DNA from: Klebsormidium nitens
Lineage: Eukaryota; Plantae; Klebsormidiophyceae
NCBI GenBank assembly: GCA_000708835.1
Contig: DF237022.1
Coordinates: forward strand, 164,237 to 228,236
Length of the DNA stretch: 64,000 nt
Reading direction: 5' to 3'
The position numbers were made by a program, and so were the translations under genes. Position 1 is the first letter of the stretch; the number at the start of each line of letters is the position of its first letter. Below, piece by piece: positions 48,501 to 59,949 of this stretch. A model generated the notes under the pieces. That model worked only from the letters and a program-made list of their open reading frames with translations, did no database searches and was not told the origin of the DNA.

Positions 48501-49020
48501 AGATAGCTTGATAGCAAAATTCCGGTTGCCTGCTTTGAAGAATAGGTGCTGAAGTCCGCAGATCCAAGCTTCCTTGCAGTAATGTGCACAATCCATGGAG
48601 CCTTCAAGACGTTTACTCGTTGAAGTTGAGTCAAGTGTACACGAAGTACCCAGCTGACAGTTTGATTAAACTCTGAAACTTTGTTTTTGAGCGGCCGCTC
48701 TTGGAGAACGGGTCTGAGCAAATGGGAAGTTCCGAATACTCCACCGTGGAGTTCAGGTCGAGGTTTGCGATGCCCATCTGCGCGATGTCGACAGCCTTGG
48801 GGGTGTCAGCCTCGGGCCCCTCTTTCGGACGGCCAATTGTCCCTCCACCTGGTTCAACCCCGGAGAGCTCCGGGGGCGTGGTTGCGCTGTTCTCAGACTT
48901 CGCGTTTTTGGTGCCCTTCTTGAAGGCTCTCCTGAACCAACCCAACAGACTTGTTCCGGTCCCTGGTTTGCTGGACCCGTTGTTAGTGCCAGGCACGAGG
49001 GGAGTTGGTGGAGGAGGGGC
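42559..49020 (-). CDS. RLCK/PUB-like pseudokinase + U-box + SEL1-like repeats; exons 49020-~48745, 48376-48215, 47725-47522, 46758-46521, 46057-45783, 45211-44787, 43816-42559
   Basis: RIFTYQDLEVATDNF, LSRLRHPHVATLLGY, CLVYEYCANGSLED, LPWFERIRIAVE, SDVYAFGICVLQLLT. U-box: YRCPITGGVMVDPV..SYERAAVQQWL..ELTPNYDLRREI. About 8 SEL1 repeats (e.g. AQHVVGECYLSGTGVRKDRGKASKWFLRAA). The donor at ~48745 is uncertain. Confidence 0.88.
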
Positions 49021-49480
49021 CTGTACAAAAGTAGTGCGTTGAGTCATTTTGTAATTAGGATTTGAAACACTTTGAAGACATTATTTCCGGGACCTAAAAG
49101 AGACAGGCAAGAGAAGGCAGTGACTGGAGGTGACGGAAATTGTAACCGTGACCATCCAAGCAGGCGCAGGACGATCGAAAGCCCGTACTCAACCGGAACG
49201 TTCGACGAAGCAGATGGGGCTGCATTGCAGAACGAAGCTTGTTAAGTCCTTGATGCCTAGCGTTTCCCGGCAGAAGACACCTGGGACCTCAGAAGTTGAG
49301 TATGACTGAACACTGCCTATGACTAAACACTTCAGCCCCATATCTCTGTGTGAAATCACGTTATCCAACTAAGCCTTATAGCAGAGGTCTCCTGCCACGA
49401 AACGGCATACAGGAGAGCTTGGTTCCCCATTTCGAGGCACACAATTTCTCAGCAATTGCGCGCGGTGCCAATGACCTTAC

Positions 49481-52400
49481 CTGAACCGCCAGTGCCTCGC
49501 TGTGAGGCCGACTCCCTGCCAGACACTCGCTGACGTCAGCAATCGCAGCCAGCTGCATCTCTTGGCCGCCTGCAGCCACGCGCTGGGGGTTGCGAGCGCC
49601 GCTGACGTCAGCAACCCGAACCGGGACGTCAGGGCCACCGCGAAGACCGCAACCGGCGTCCCACTCGGGCAAGTACCACGATCCCGTGTCGCCGCTGTCG
49701 GAAGGTCTGGAGCCGCCACCGCTGCCGCCGTCTCTGTCTCCGTCACTGGATCCGCCGTCCCGACCGCGACAATCCGCTGCGCCGTTTCCGCCCCCCCTGG
49801 GGGGAGGTTTGCCATCATCATCATCCCCCCCTCCGTCGCTGTCCATATCGTCTCCCTCGTCCTCGTCCTCCTCTTCTTCTTCTTCCCCCCCCTCTTCGTC
49901 GCTCTGTCCGCCCCCCTCCGCCTCTCCTTGTCTCTCGCCGACGACCATTTCCTGCTCATTCTCCTCTTCCCACCCCCCGGCACCAGCCTCAGGCTCATAC
50001 ACCCCTGCTCCATTCTTCGGGTAGAGGATCCAGGTGTCCATCTCTTCTGAGCCTTCCTGTAGAGCTGATCCACCAGGGCTCTCTGGTTCACAGTCGACAA
50101 GAACAAGCCCAGGTCCGTCCCTTGCAGCCTCCAACACCATGTCCCAGGAAAGCCCTGTTGATCCGCTGCCCGGAGGCCCATCAAATCCGCCGCCCGGAAG
50201 ANNNNNNNNNNNNNNNNNNNNNNNNNNNNNNNNNNNNNNNNNNNNNNNNNNNNNNNNNNNNNNNNNNNNNNNNNNNNNNNNNNNNNNNNNNNNNNNNNNN
50301 NNNNNNNNNNNNNNNNNNNNNNNNNNNNNNNNNNNNNNNNNNNNNNNNNNNNNNNNNNNNNNNNNNNNNNNNNNNNNNNNNNNNNNNNNNNNNNNNNNNN
50401 NNNNNNNNNNNNNNNNNNNNNNNNNNNNNNNNNNNNNNNNNNNNNNNNNNNNNNNNNNNNNNNNNNNNNNNNNNNNNNNNNNNNNNNNNNNNNNNNNNNN
50501 NNNNNNNNNNNNNNNNNNNNNNNNNNNNNNNNNNNNNNNNNNNNNNNNNNNNNNNNNNNNNNNNNNNNNNNNNNNNNNNNNNNNNNNNNNNNNNNNNNNN
50601 NNNNNNNNNNNNNNNNNNNNNNNNNNNNNNNNNNNNNNNNNNNNNNNNNNNNNNNNNNNNNNNNNNNNNNNNNNNNNNNNNNNNNNNNNNNNNNNNNNNN
50701 NNNNNNNNNNNNNNNNNNNNNNNNNNNNNNNNNNNNNNNNNNNNNNNNNNNNNNNNNNNNNNNNNNNNNNNNNNNNNNNNNNNNNNNNNNNNNNNNNNNN
50801 NNNNNNNNNNNNNNNNNNNNNNNNNNNNNNNNNNNNNNNNNNNNNNNNNNNNNNNNNNNNNNNNNNNNNNNNNNNNNNNNNNNNNNNNNNNNNNNNNNNN
50901 NNNNNNNNNNNNNNNNNNNNNNNNNNNNNNNNNNNNNNNNNNAAGACTCTCCAATCCGCCGTCAAGAAACCCCTCGAAATTGCTGCCCGGATAGCCCCCG
51001 AATTTGCTGCCCGGAAGAGACCCCAATTCGCTGCCCGGAAGCCCCTCCATTCCGGCGCCCGGAAGCCCCTCCATTCCGGCGCTCGGAAGCCCCTCAAATC
51101 CGCTGCTCGGAAGTCCCTCAAGTCCGCTGCTCGGAAGCCCCTTTACTACGCTGCCCGAAGGCCCCTCAAATCCGCTGCCCAAAGGCCCCTCCAATCCGCT
51201 GCCCAAAGGCCCCTCCAATCCGCTGCCCGAAAGCCTCCCCAATCCGGCGCCCGGAAGCCCGTCCAATCCGCTGCCCGGAAGCCCCATTGATCTGGTAAGC
51301 TCGAACCTTGCGTGAGCGAGCCCCTCCCGTCGCGGGCGCTTTAGACCACCCTCTACTCTGGCCCCCTCAAACCCAAACCCCTCGTTTACACCGTCGTCTG
51401 ATGACGTGGCTGAGAGTGGCCCCTCTGAGCTCCCGGAGGGGCTCCCACTGGGTTCGGGCTGCCCCTCTTGCGTGCCTTTCAGAGCGGCAAAGTATGCCAT
51501 CATTGCGCAGGGGAGGCGTAGGCTCAACTCTTGTTGGAAGTACCGAGTGATTCCCTCCTTGAGGGCCTCCAGCCCGTCCGGGTCATTGCGGTGGCGTTTT
51601 AAGACCGCGTCGATAACAGCGTGACACTCACATTTACTGAGCGCCTGCATGCGGCCCCGGTACTTGGCTTCTCGGTAGTTCGCTCTCTCCTGCCAATAGG
51701 CCTCTGTCTTGTCTCGGTAGTCCTCCGGGGTCAGCTTCTGGTGTTCCTCTGGAACGTCGAACTCCGGAAAACAGTCGAGGACCTGTAAATTGGATCGCAA
51801 GCTAAGCTATTGGAAGGTTTGTAAGTCGTCCCTTTCTTGCTTTTGATTTTAGTGGGTGAGCCATTTGCCTGTGAGCAGTCCTGGCAAGTGCACAAATTGC
51901 CAAGACAGCTCAACTCAAATACAGAGTTCCTTCACCTCGCGTCCGCTTACTGACTCCTCCACCAGGCTCCTAAAAAGCAAGGTGATATTCAAGAAACAAA
52001 CTTAGATGAGAGCTGACTGCTACCCTTTCTGAGAAATGTACTGATAGGCACAGGTCCTCCTTAAGATTGTGCTCATTGCTAATTGGGAGATTAGAGACAC
52101 AATTGCATTGAAGACTGCGACCTGGAAAGGCGCCACACACTTCACATATCTAGACAGAGTAATAGACTCTCTGACGAGATTCGTGCACGCACTTTCGTGG
52201 CCACGCAAACAAACGACTTTCGTGGTCAGCTTAACCAGAGTAAAGGCTCCCTAGCTGTATCGGAGCAAAACAATTCCCTAACTGAATATTACAAGTCTTT
52301 GGATCACAAAAACTGAAACTCAACTGAAGGTTAACAAGATGACCAACATGATCAAACTCAAGTAGGCAATCTGCTTCTTTTACATATTTGTTGACAAGTT

Positions 52401-54351
52401 CACAGAAAGGAAGAGGCGCATACCGCTGTGGTTGAACATGGCCCATGTACCCGTACGTGAAGAGTATTCTCTGATCTAGATTTCGAGGTTCTCAATTGAG
52501 TTCCAAGGTTGTCATTCAAAGACAACAAACGCAGGAATCATTTGCTGTTGCTTCTCCTACAGGGGCCCCGCAAAATAATTTTAGGCCTTGATGTTGCCAA
52601 AAGCCCTCGACCAGTCTTTGCTCCTCAGCAAATGAGCTTTCAGGCGATAACGACAAACTTTGCAAACAGAATCAATAAGTGGATTAAACCGTAACTAGTA
52701 AACGGAGCCTTGGCAAATTAACAGGTCCCAACTTGAACCTTGAATCCTGATTAACGTGCTCTACATTGTGAAGAGAATCCAGGGAAACTGATGTCTTACC
52801 GGAGCCCTTGATCTAGGCCCTTTTCCCTTCTCGATCTTTATCATCTCTGCGACCATCTTCTGTAGATCATTCTGGCGGACGTCTGCCAATACTTTGCTGG
52901 GGGGGATGAGTTTGTGACTGTGTCTGTCAATGACAGGTGCTTCACTGCAAAGTATCCAAACAACTTGCCTTGAGAGGACTTTTGTTATCCTGGTGTCTCC
53001 CTCGTGGTCAAAGCTAGCTTGTGGTCTGACTGAACACAGTGCCACATAATAAAGACTTTTGAGGCCCGTTTCTTGTTGTGCATCCAGTGCCCTTCGTACA
53101 GCTTGTATTGAGGGTGTAATGGGGGGGAGCTCTTGGAGTGTTTTAGCATAATACAGACTTAACACCTGTCTTTCAGCCTGACCTTCAAGAGTCAGCATGT
53201 AGCCAGCTCAGACACAGCTATTATGAGCATCATTTTTGACAATTATCCATCATGTCCAATGTAATACAGCTGGCTGAAACAGCAAAGCTTGGCAAAGAAC
53301 TAGACTTCCATTCTTCCTTCCACTGGACTGTTGCTATGCAGAGTTTACTGCCTGATTGCAGAATGTGCATTTGCGGATGTCAAGTTATCCTTGGAGACCA
53401 AGAAAACCCTGGGATTTTGTTAAAGCATTTCTTTGCATAGATGGCCAATCTTCATCCCATTGCCTGCAGCCCCACTGGGAGCTGCCTCATATTTCTTTGC
53501 CGAAGGTACTCTAAGACATCTTCTCAGTTTAAGGCAATCATGGCACTCATCTGATTGGATTATCTGACCCTCTCTGACAACTTGTTTTGAACACCTAAGG
53601 CCATGACTGGCTTTCTGCAGGACCTCTAAAGAAAGGGGGCAAGTCACACAATGCATCCAGTAGCATTCACTCACTTGTCCTGCACGGCCTTCTCAATCAC
53701 TGGGGCAAGTACCGGCATGACATTTGTCAATCCTGGTGAACTCGTCCAATACCCGTCCAGAATGATCACGAACTTAGAACTACTCTCCTCAAACCCTGGA
53801 CTCAAAATAGTTCTTATCATGTCGTACAAGCTGCGCTCTTTTTCTTTAGAAGCCATAAGCAATGGCTGTGGCTCCTGCAGCGCGCTCGCCATTGTTTCAA
53901 TGAGGGACTTGCTGAGCAAACAGTTTTCTAGATTTCCATCTGGCCTACTACGCTGGTGGAAGCAGCCTCGTGTCAGGTCGTTGACATTGACGCGCACGCT
54001 GAAGAGATACTTTCACAAAAAGAAGAGCTGGAGACCTCTCAAGCAGCTGCGATCAAAGCATGTTCAGTAGCTCTCTAGAACTTATCGAATGCTCTCTGAA
54101 AATCTTCCTTTCAAATGTAAAAGAACATGCACAATGCCAGCTAGAACGGAAGCCCCATTTGCATCCATCAGCATGGATTCGTGCCCTTCGCTTCCAACCC
54201 TTGCAAGCTCTCCTACGTAGCTTTGTTGGAAGATGTAAAGGTTCAAGAAAGGTCGGGGAAAAATGATGTTCATCTGCCATGATCTGATCAACAACTAGCA
54301 CCAAGTTACCTGTAGGCTTTTGCTTGCACTGGCAGCTTGCTCTAGAGACAT
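49481..54351 (-). CDS. Probable N-terminal exons of the same gene: unknown/possibly NB-ARC-like region, Gly-rich octapeptide repeat, acidic tract
   Basis: Exon 51782-49481 (spanning the N-gap) ends GTT CAG|GTAAGG in phase 0 and matches the phase-0 acceptor ttgtacag|GCC at 49020. Protein-like frames occur at 53997-53675, 53198-52761 and 52470-52330, but their junctions are not all resolved. Confidence 0.5.
50150..51287 (-). repeat. Coding 24-bp tandem repeat (GLPGSGLE-type octapeptide), interrupted by a 741-N gap
   Basis: At least 14 units such as AATCCGCTGCCCGGAAGCCCCTCC at 50952-51287, plus units left of the gap. Confidence 0.92.
50202..50942. other. Assembly gap (741 N) inside the 24-bp repeat
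   Basis: N run. Confidence 1.
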
Positions 54352-54549
54352 TCAATTTTTGATTCCAGGGATCCACCTTTCTGATCAGCCTCTGACAGGT
54401 GGATCCCCCAAAGTTGAACCACCAAAGCTAAAAGGGTTTTTGGTTAACCCTGTGGAGCTACGGCACCCGGCCGGAGCACCGAGAGGTGAAACTCGGATTT
54501 GCCTCTACAGAAGTGGGAACCGGTAGAGGATCTACCGGGTGCTTGATAC

Positions 54550-55100
54550 TGCAAACACTGACGTTAACTTGAAACCAAGAAACCCGCGCGGCTGGGCCTG
54601 GCCCTGGGCCGGCCGCGGCGCCCCCGCGGCGGCCGCCGCGCACCATGCGACTGGCGCAGAGGTTTCAGAGGTTGTTGAGGTGCCAGCAAACCAAATGAAG
54701 TTCGGTGTTAAATTTGGGCCACTCCCAGGCCGCCACGTCATACCCCCCAGAGCCTAAAGGTGTGATGTTGTCCGGGAGGGTCGTACCACTGGTCGAAACC
54801 TGAAGCCGGAGCCGGTATGGAACCATTCCGATCACCGGGCACTCGGAAGCAATGCCAGTGTACCCAGGCCTAAGTAGGTTAATTACTTTAATTTGGGAAT
54901 GTGCAATTTTGGCCGCCAGTTTGAGGGTCAAGAACAGGGTCAAAACTTGGTCAATTGTGACCAGATTGACAGAGGCAAGTAGCCCCGAGCAAGCAGATTC
55001 GGGCAACGCGACTGGAACAAAATCTGGTTAACATTTGACCCATGTTTTCCACCACGGCGCTTTATTATAGGTGCCCGAGAATTGGTGCAGGAGTCAGCAC
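54550..55100. promoter_or_regulatory. Shared divergent promoter region with a GC island
   Basis: Near-pure GC run 54583-54641 with TGGGCC x2 and palindrome GCGGCGGCCGCCGC (54626-54639). TGGGCC also at ~54715, and CCACGTCA at ~54733. Lies between two divergent genes. Confidence 0.4.
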
Positions 55101-55627
55101 TCTGATAGGGCCAGAGCTAAACTCTCGGTCTCTCATGTCTCAGATTCTCTAGTTGCTTCGAAGGCGCCTCTTAATCCAGTCTTTAATTCCAGAACCATGG
55201 CAGAAGTTGTGCGAGAGCTTAGAGCTTAGAACCGAGTTGAGAACCCCTTTCCCTACCTGAGTATCGAGGCGAGTTCCCTAGAAATATCAGCCACTTGGTT
55301 GGCTGAATGTGAGAGACAGACGCAGAAACCCCAAAGAGCAACGTGCTTTTACCTCATTCTATCAGCAAGGAGCTTCGGTTACAACTTGAAATGATATGAG
55401 CAGGCGAGGCGAAGAATCAAGATGGCACGAGCTATCCAGCGAAGTTGTCTGCAGACCAATTGAGCACTAGCGGCTGGCTTTCCTGCAGGTCATTGATTTT
55501 CAGCTGGCGTGAAACTGGCTTTTGAAAGGTATTTAGAGTAGGGATTTGTTAGCCTTGGTGCCCTTCCCTTCGCTTGAGTCTTCATACCGATTCGAATTCT
55601 TAGACGGATCTCAGTGCGTGGAGGGGT

Positions 55628-58600
55628 ATGGACTGGAAGCAGCTCTGCCTGGAAGCTGGGTTGAGTTGGTCCGAGAAGAACCTACAAGATGCGGGCGTTT
55701 CCACCACAGATGTGGAGCCTCTGATCCAGGTCAGTGTAAAAGCCGGACCTCTGACCTTGCCTTTATATCTTGGGGCACTTTTGTGCTGTTGTCACACGGC
55801 TTATGTGCGGCCTCCAGAATTCCGAGCGCTTTCAAGGTTTTGGAGCCTGCCAAGAGAGAGTCAAGTCACGCTGCTGTGTGTCCTTGAACAATTGGGTTCG
55901 AAGTCCTCCAACATAGAGGGATACCTCAAGGAAGCTGTCCTACTCGTCATGGAGTGCCAGGACAATGTATTTTTGGTTGGAGGTCTAATGATCTGTGCTT
56001 TGTAAGCTTGATGAATCCGAGACTGAAAAGCCATGTCTGGCTTTCAATCTCTGAAAACTGTGTTATCAGGTGATGAAGGTATTTTCAGGTAGTCATGAAG
56101 AAGTACGAACACACCTGGGAGCAGGAAGCATTTGTCACTTCCTGGATCCATCTGACTTCTGCCCTTGTGTGATGTTGGTTCCTGATTCAGCCAACTGGAA
56201 GACAGCTAGCGATGGCTGGTTTGGAAGCTACCTCTTGGCAGTGTATAAGCAACACTTTTCCTGTCTCCACAGGTCTTCAAGGCCCTTGGGGAGTACCTTG
56301 AGTTGGCAGATCGGAAGGAGGTGTTGTATGACTTTCATCTAAAGCACCTGTCTGCTCTGCTCAAGGGCGGCTATGAGGGCGTGAGGGATTTTGTGGACGC
56401 CCGGGAAACGGACCTTGAGAAGTGCGGACTGCTCCCAGCAAAAGTGGGCATGCTGCTCCGTAATCAAGAGAAAGGTACGTCATCAGCTGTACGAACTAGG
56501 CCAATACAACATTGCTCCCAAAAGCCGTCATTGCATCATTGACACGTTCAGGTGCATGAAAACCCGCAGGCAATAATATGAAGTCTTGGTTTTTCTGTTT
56601 GCAGCAAGGTCAACGCTAGAGCAGCGGCAGCAGCGTCAGCAACTGTATGGACAAGGTGGGTTTGGTAGTCATGAATTCAGCGTCTGTATGCCTGTGTATG
56701 CCTGGATGTTGATTTCCACCATGGTCCTGTCCTCTTCTCAGCATCCCATCCTTCCAGTATTTGTTGCACTCTGCTAATGTGGTGAACTTTCTTCGAGGCT
56801 CATACATGCAGAGTGATTCTGCAAGAGGTGAAGTGTTTCCCTGTCGGTGTCGCTCCTGCACCTAAAGAGCGTAGCACAGATTGCACTGTAACATGATGAT
56901 GATTATCCATGCGATGCCAGGCGCTCCGCCAAGTAAGAGGCAGCGGGTGAATGTGAAGGAAAGGCCCAGTGACTTTGGGTCCATCAAAAGAGCACAGTTG
57001 TACCTGCTCAAGCCGCACCAGTCGGACACCGATGAGCTTCAACAGAGCAAGGCGTGCTTCATCACCGGCCGGCCGATTGTCGCCCCTGTTCGCGGTGCCC
57101 TCTCAGCGGCCCTCTTGGCTCCTGAATTCGGCATTGTTCTGGATGCCTGCTGGCGCGACTTCGGCAATCCAACTCCCTTCTACTTCCAGGTGAGTGCTGT
57201 CCTAGGCAGCCATGGACTCGGAAAAGGCACGCCTTATGTTGGATTGCATCTTTCGTCTGCTAAATTCACCCTCTACTCATGTACATGCCCTGCTCTGCTA
57301 TCATACTGGAACCGTCATCTCCTCGCTTCGCCGCATAGCGCCCGAATCTAAATGCAGCAGGCTCAATCCTTGTGAAGAGGAGGTCTGGAATCAAGCTCTT
57401 GGGTGCTCTTTGCTGGTCGCACTACGCTTCCACATTGTGCACTATGTGCTGAGCAATAGAAAGCTGCCCAAGAAAGTTTCTGTGGGAGTCACTTTGAATT
57501 TCTTCTGCTTTAGCATCCCCTTATATGCTAATCGGATCGCATGCAGCAAGCTCATAAGCTGCTGGCGCTTATGCGGAAGCTTTACCCCGAGGAGAGGGAT
57601 CGGCAGCTGGCGTACATGGAGTGGCACAACGAGACTTATCCAGGATTGAAGATTGTCCTACCGGGTCGATCAGCGTCCGCCTCAGGCCCCAGCCCCGGCA
57701 GCGTCGAGCCAAGCACCGATGGAAGGTTCGCGGTGCCCTTCGTGTGTGGGGACAAGTGCGCCATCGTTCTGGAGGCCAAGAACGAGCTGGGGGCCTGTGG
57801 AGACCCGCACATACAGGGCCTCCGGTATTATCAGGTGCGCTAACCCAACATAATGTGTGGAGGGCATTAGAATGGACCTCTTGACTCCACTTGCGATCTC
57901 CATGTTTGAGGCTGTGAGCCAGTCTCAGAACCCTGTGCTTTTCTGCTACTCTGCAATCTGGACTGACTCTGCAATTTGGACTGACTGGGTTCGAAATCTG
58001 TCCCCAGATGCTGATTGGGGACGGGACGCAGACTGATGACTACTTGGAGGCGATGGGGCATCCAGCTCTCCAGATCGGGCTGTGTGGGCCTTACTTGGAT
58101 ATCAGTGGTAGGTTCTCGCCGTGCTTCGTCACCCACTGGTTTTTGGATATCTGCTCTAAGTCTGCTGTGGGAACGCCGCGTCATCTAGTGTTGGTTCCTA
58201 AGTTTTTGCTCAGGTCTGTTGTGATCATTGTGAATCCTTTTACAGTAGTGACGTCGGCACACTCGTGTTCTTCCAATGTTCAAAGCCTTTTGCGATTGTT
58301 GAGCAGATGGGCAGTGAGTAGAGGCGGGCGGGTGAAATGGTGCTCTCGTGCCACTCTGGCAGTCAGCAGCTCATGCATGTTGCGTTCTTCTTCCATGCAG
58401 CGATGTATCGCCTCGAGAGTAACCAGGTGGTGCTGGAGCCTCTGACGCCGCTGCTGTCCCTGACATTCGATCCGCTCCGTCAGCCAGCAGCCATGGCTAG
58501 CCTTGCCAGGGTCCTCATGGCGCTTGGCGTGGCGGGATGGGGGCTTGTACAACGCCTCCTAAAGTTTGCACAGCCCGATGTGTCCTGGATGCAGGCATGC

Positions 58601-59949
58601 CAAGACCAGATCAAAGACCAGATCAAGCTGGTAAGCACACTGGAGCATACTCTGCTTCGGAAACATCTTCCCGTCTTCGTTTGGCCAACTCATGTCTGGC
58701 GACATGGTACAAGAGCTGTATGTTACTTGCTGTCATTACTTCCTGTCAGAGCATCAAGCCGCAGAGCATTCCTTATCAAACTGCGAGATGTACCATGCAC
58801 AATCAGCCCTTTCCTTTCCGTGGCCCAACTTGCAGGACGCTGAAACTTGGGCCGAAGGGTACGAGGGGAGCGACTGCCGGAAGTGGTTCGATTTCGTACA
58901 GACCGCAGCCAGCGACGCCAGAGCGCTGTGCAGCCTGCGTGCGGCAGTCGGGGACCTGGTGCCGTACCCCCTTTGGGGTCAACGGTTTGAAGAACTGCAG
59001 CTGCTGCACCCAGGACGGAACCGATTGGTGTATGCAGCGACAAGAGTACGGGACGGGGTCAAGGAGCCCGTGGTCATCAAGCTCACCAGCGAGAGATACC
59101 CAGCCGAGGTGAGGAACGGTGCATGCTTTTCTTGGAACGTTGGTTTTTTTGCGGAGTATCGAATAGTCTTGGCAAAGCTTGGTTGGTCGGTATTGTGCTG
59201 GTCAAATTTCTCGAGATGCATACATGAACTCAGCAGATCGACCTGCGTTCCTGTTGTCCAATTCAGTTGGCTGTGGTCGTGCAAAGTTCCGCTCGTTTCT
59301 ACATTTGTTCTGCGAAGTTAAGATCTGAAAGGTCTCCCGTTCTTGAAGTGACTCTTTCCAGCAGTTTTGAGGGTCCGTTGACAACGTACCAGGCAGGGAA
59401 TCTAGTAGCTCACAAACGTCGTTTCTTGCTTGATGTTGAGCGCTTCTCTTGAGTAGGCAAGCAGCTGACATCCCTCACGATCTTGATAATGATTTGTGTA
59501 CTTTTTGTGCTCAGGTGCACCGGGCGTGGAGTGACGCGGAAGTAGCTCCGAAGCTCTATGCTTGTGATTCGCTGCCTGGTGGTTGCTCTTCGGTTGTAAT
59601 GGAGAGACTGGGGGATCGATGGTCGACCCTGGAGGTGCTGGCCGGAGAGGAGCGGCAGGAGGTCAAGGAGGCCGCGAAGGAGGCCCTTGCCCGAGCTCAC
59701 AAGCTGACTGTGACCGTTGGGTCAAAGACGGGGATCGTTGTGCATGGGGATGCGCGCGGACCCAACATCATGGTTTGCCGATCAGGGGAGGGGTGGGCAA
59801 TTAGATTCATTGACTTCGACTGGGCTGGTCTTCATGAGGTGGCGAGGTATACTTCTAGCCTCAATCCTCACCACAAGTGGCACCCAGATGCAAAGCAAGG
59901 GGCAGTCATGCGACAAGAACATGACGAGCACTTGCTTCACAGTATCTAA
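55628..59949 (+). CDS. Crinkler/CR-effector-like protein: SAM-like header, PD-(D/E)xK REase-like domain, atypical kinase; 9 exons (55628-55729, 56273-56474, 56605-56655, 56921-57189, 57547-57834, 58008-58107, 58401-58630, 58836-59108, 59515-59949)
   Basis: STDG...IVLEAKNELGACGDPHIQGLRYY (REase), HPALQIGLCGPYL, VVLEPLT, PVVIKLT..YPAEVH..VAPKL, VVMERL, VVHGDARGPNIMV, IRFIDFDWAG..ARY, EHD. All junctions are GT-AG and in phase. Confidence 0.88.

Noticed and set aside
54665-55006. ORF ending ...ELHLVCWHL resembling the MULE transposase C-x2-H motif
   Set aside because: It lies in the divergent promoter/GC-island region, and no DDE core or TIRs were found.
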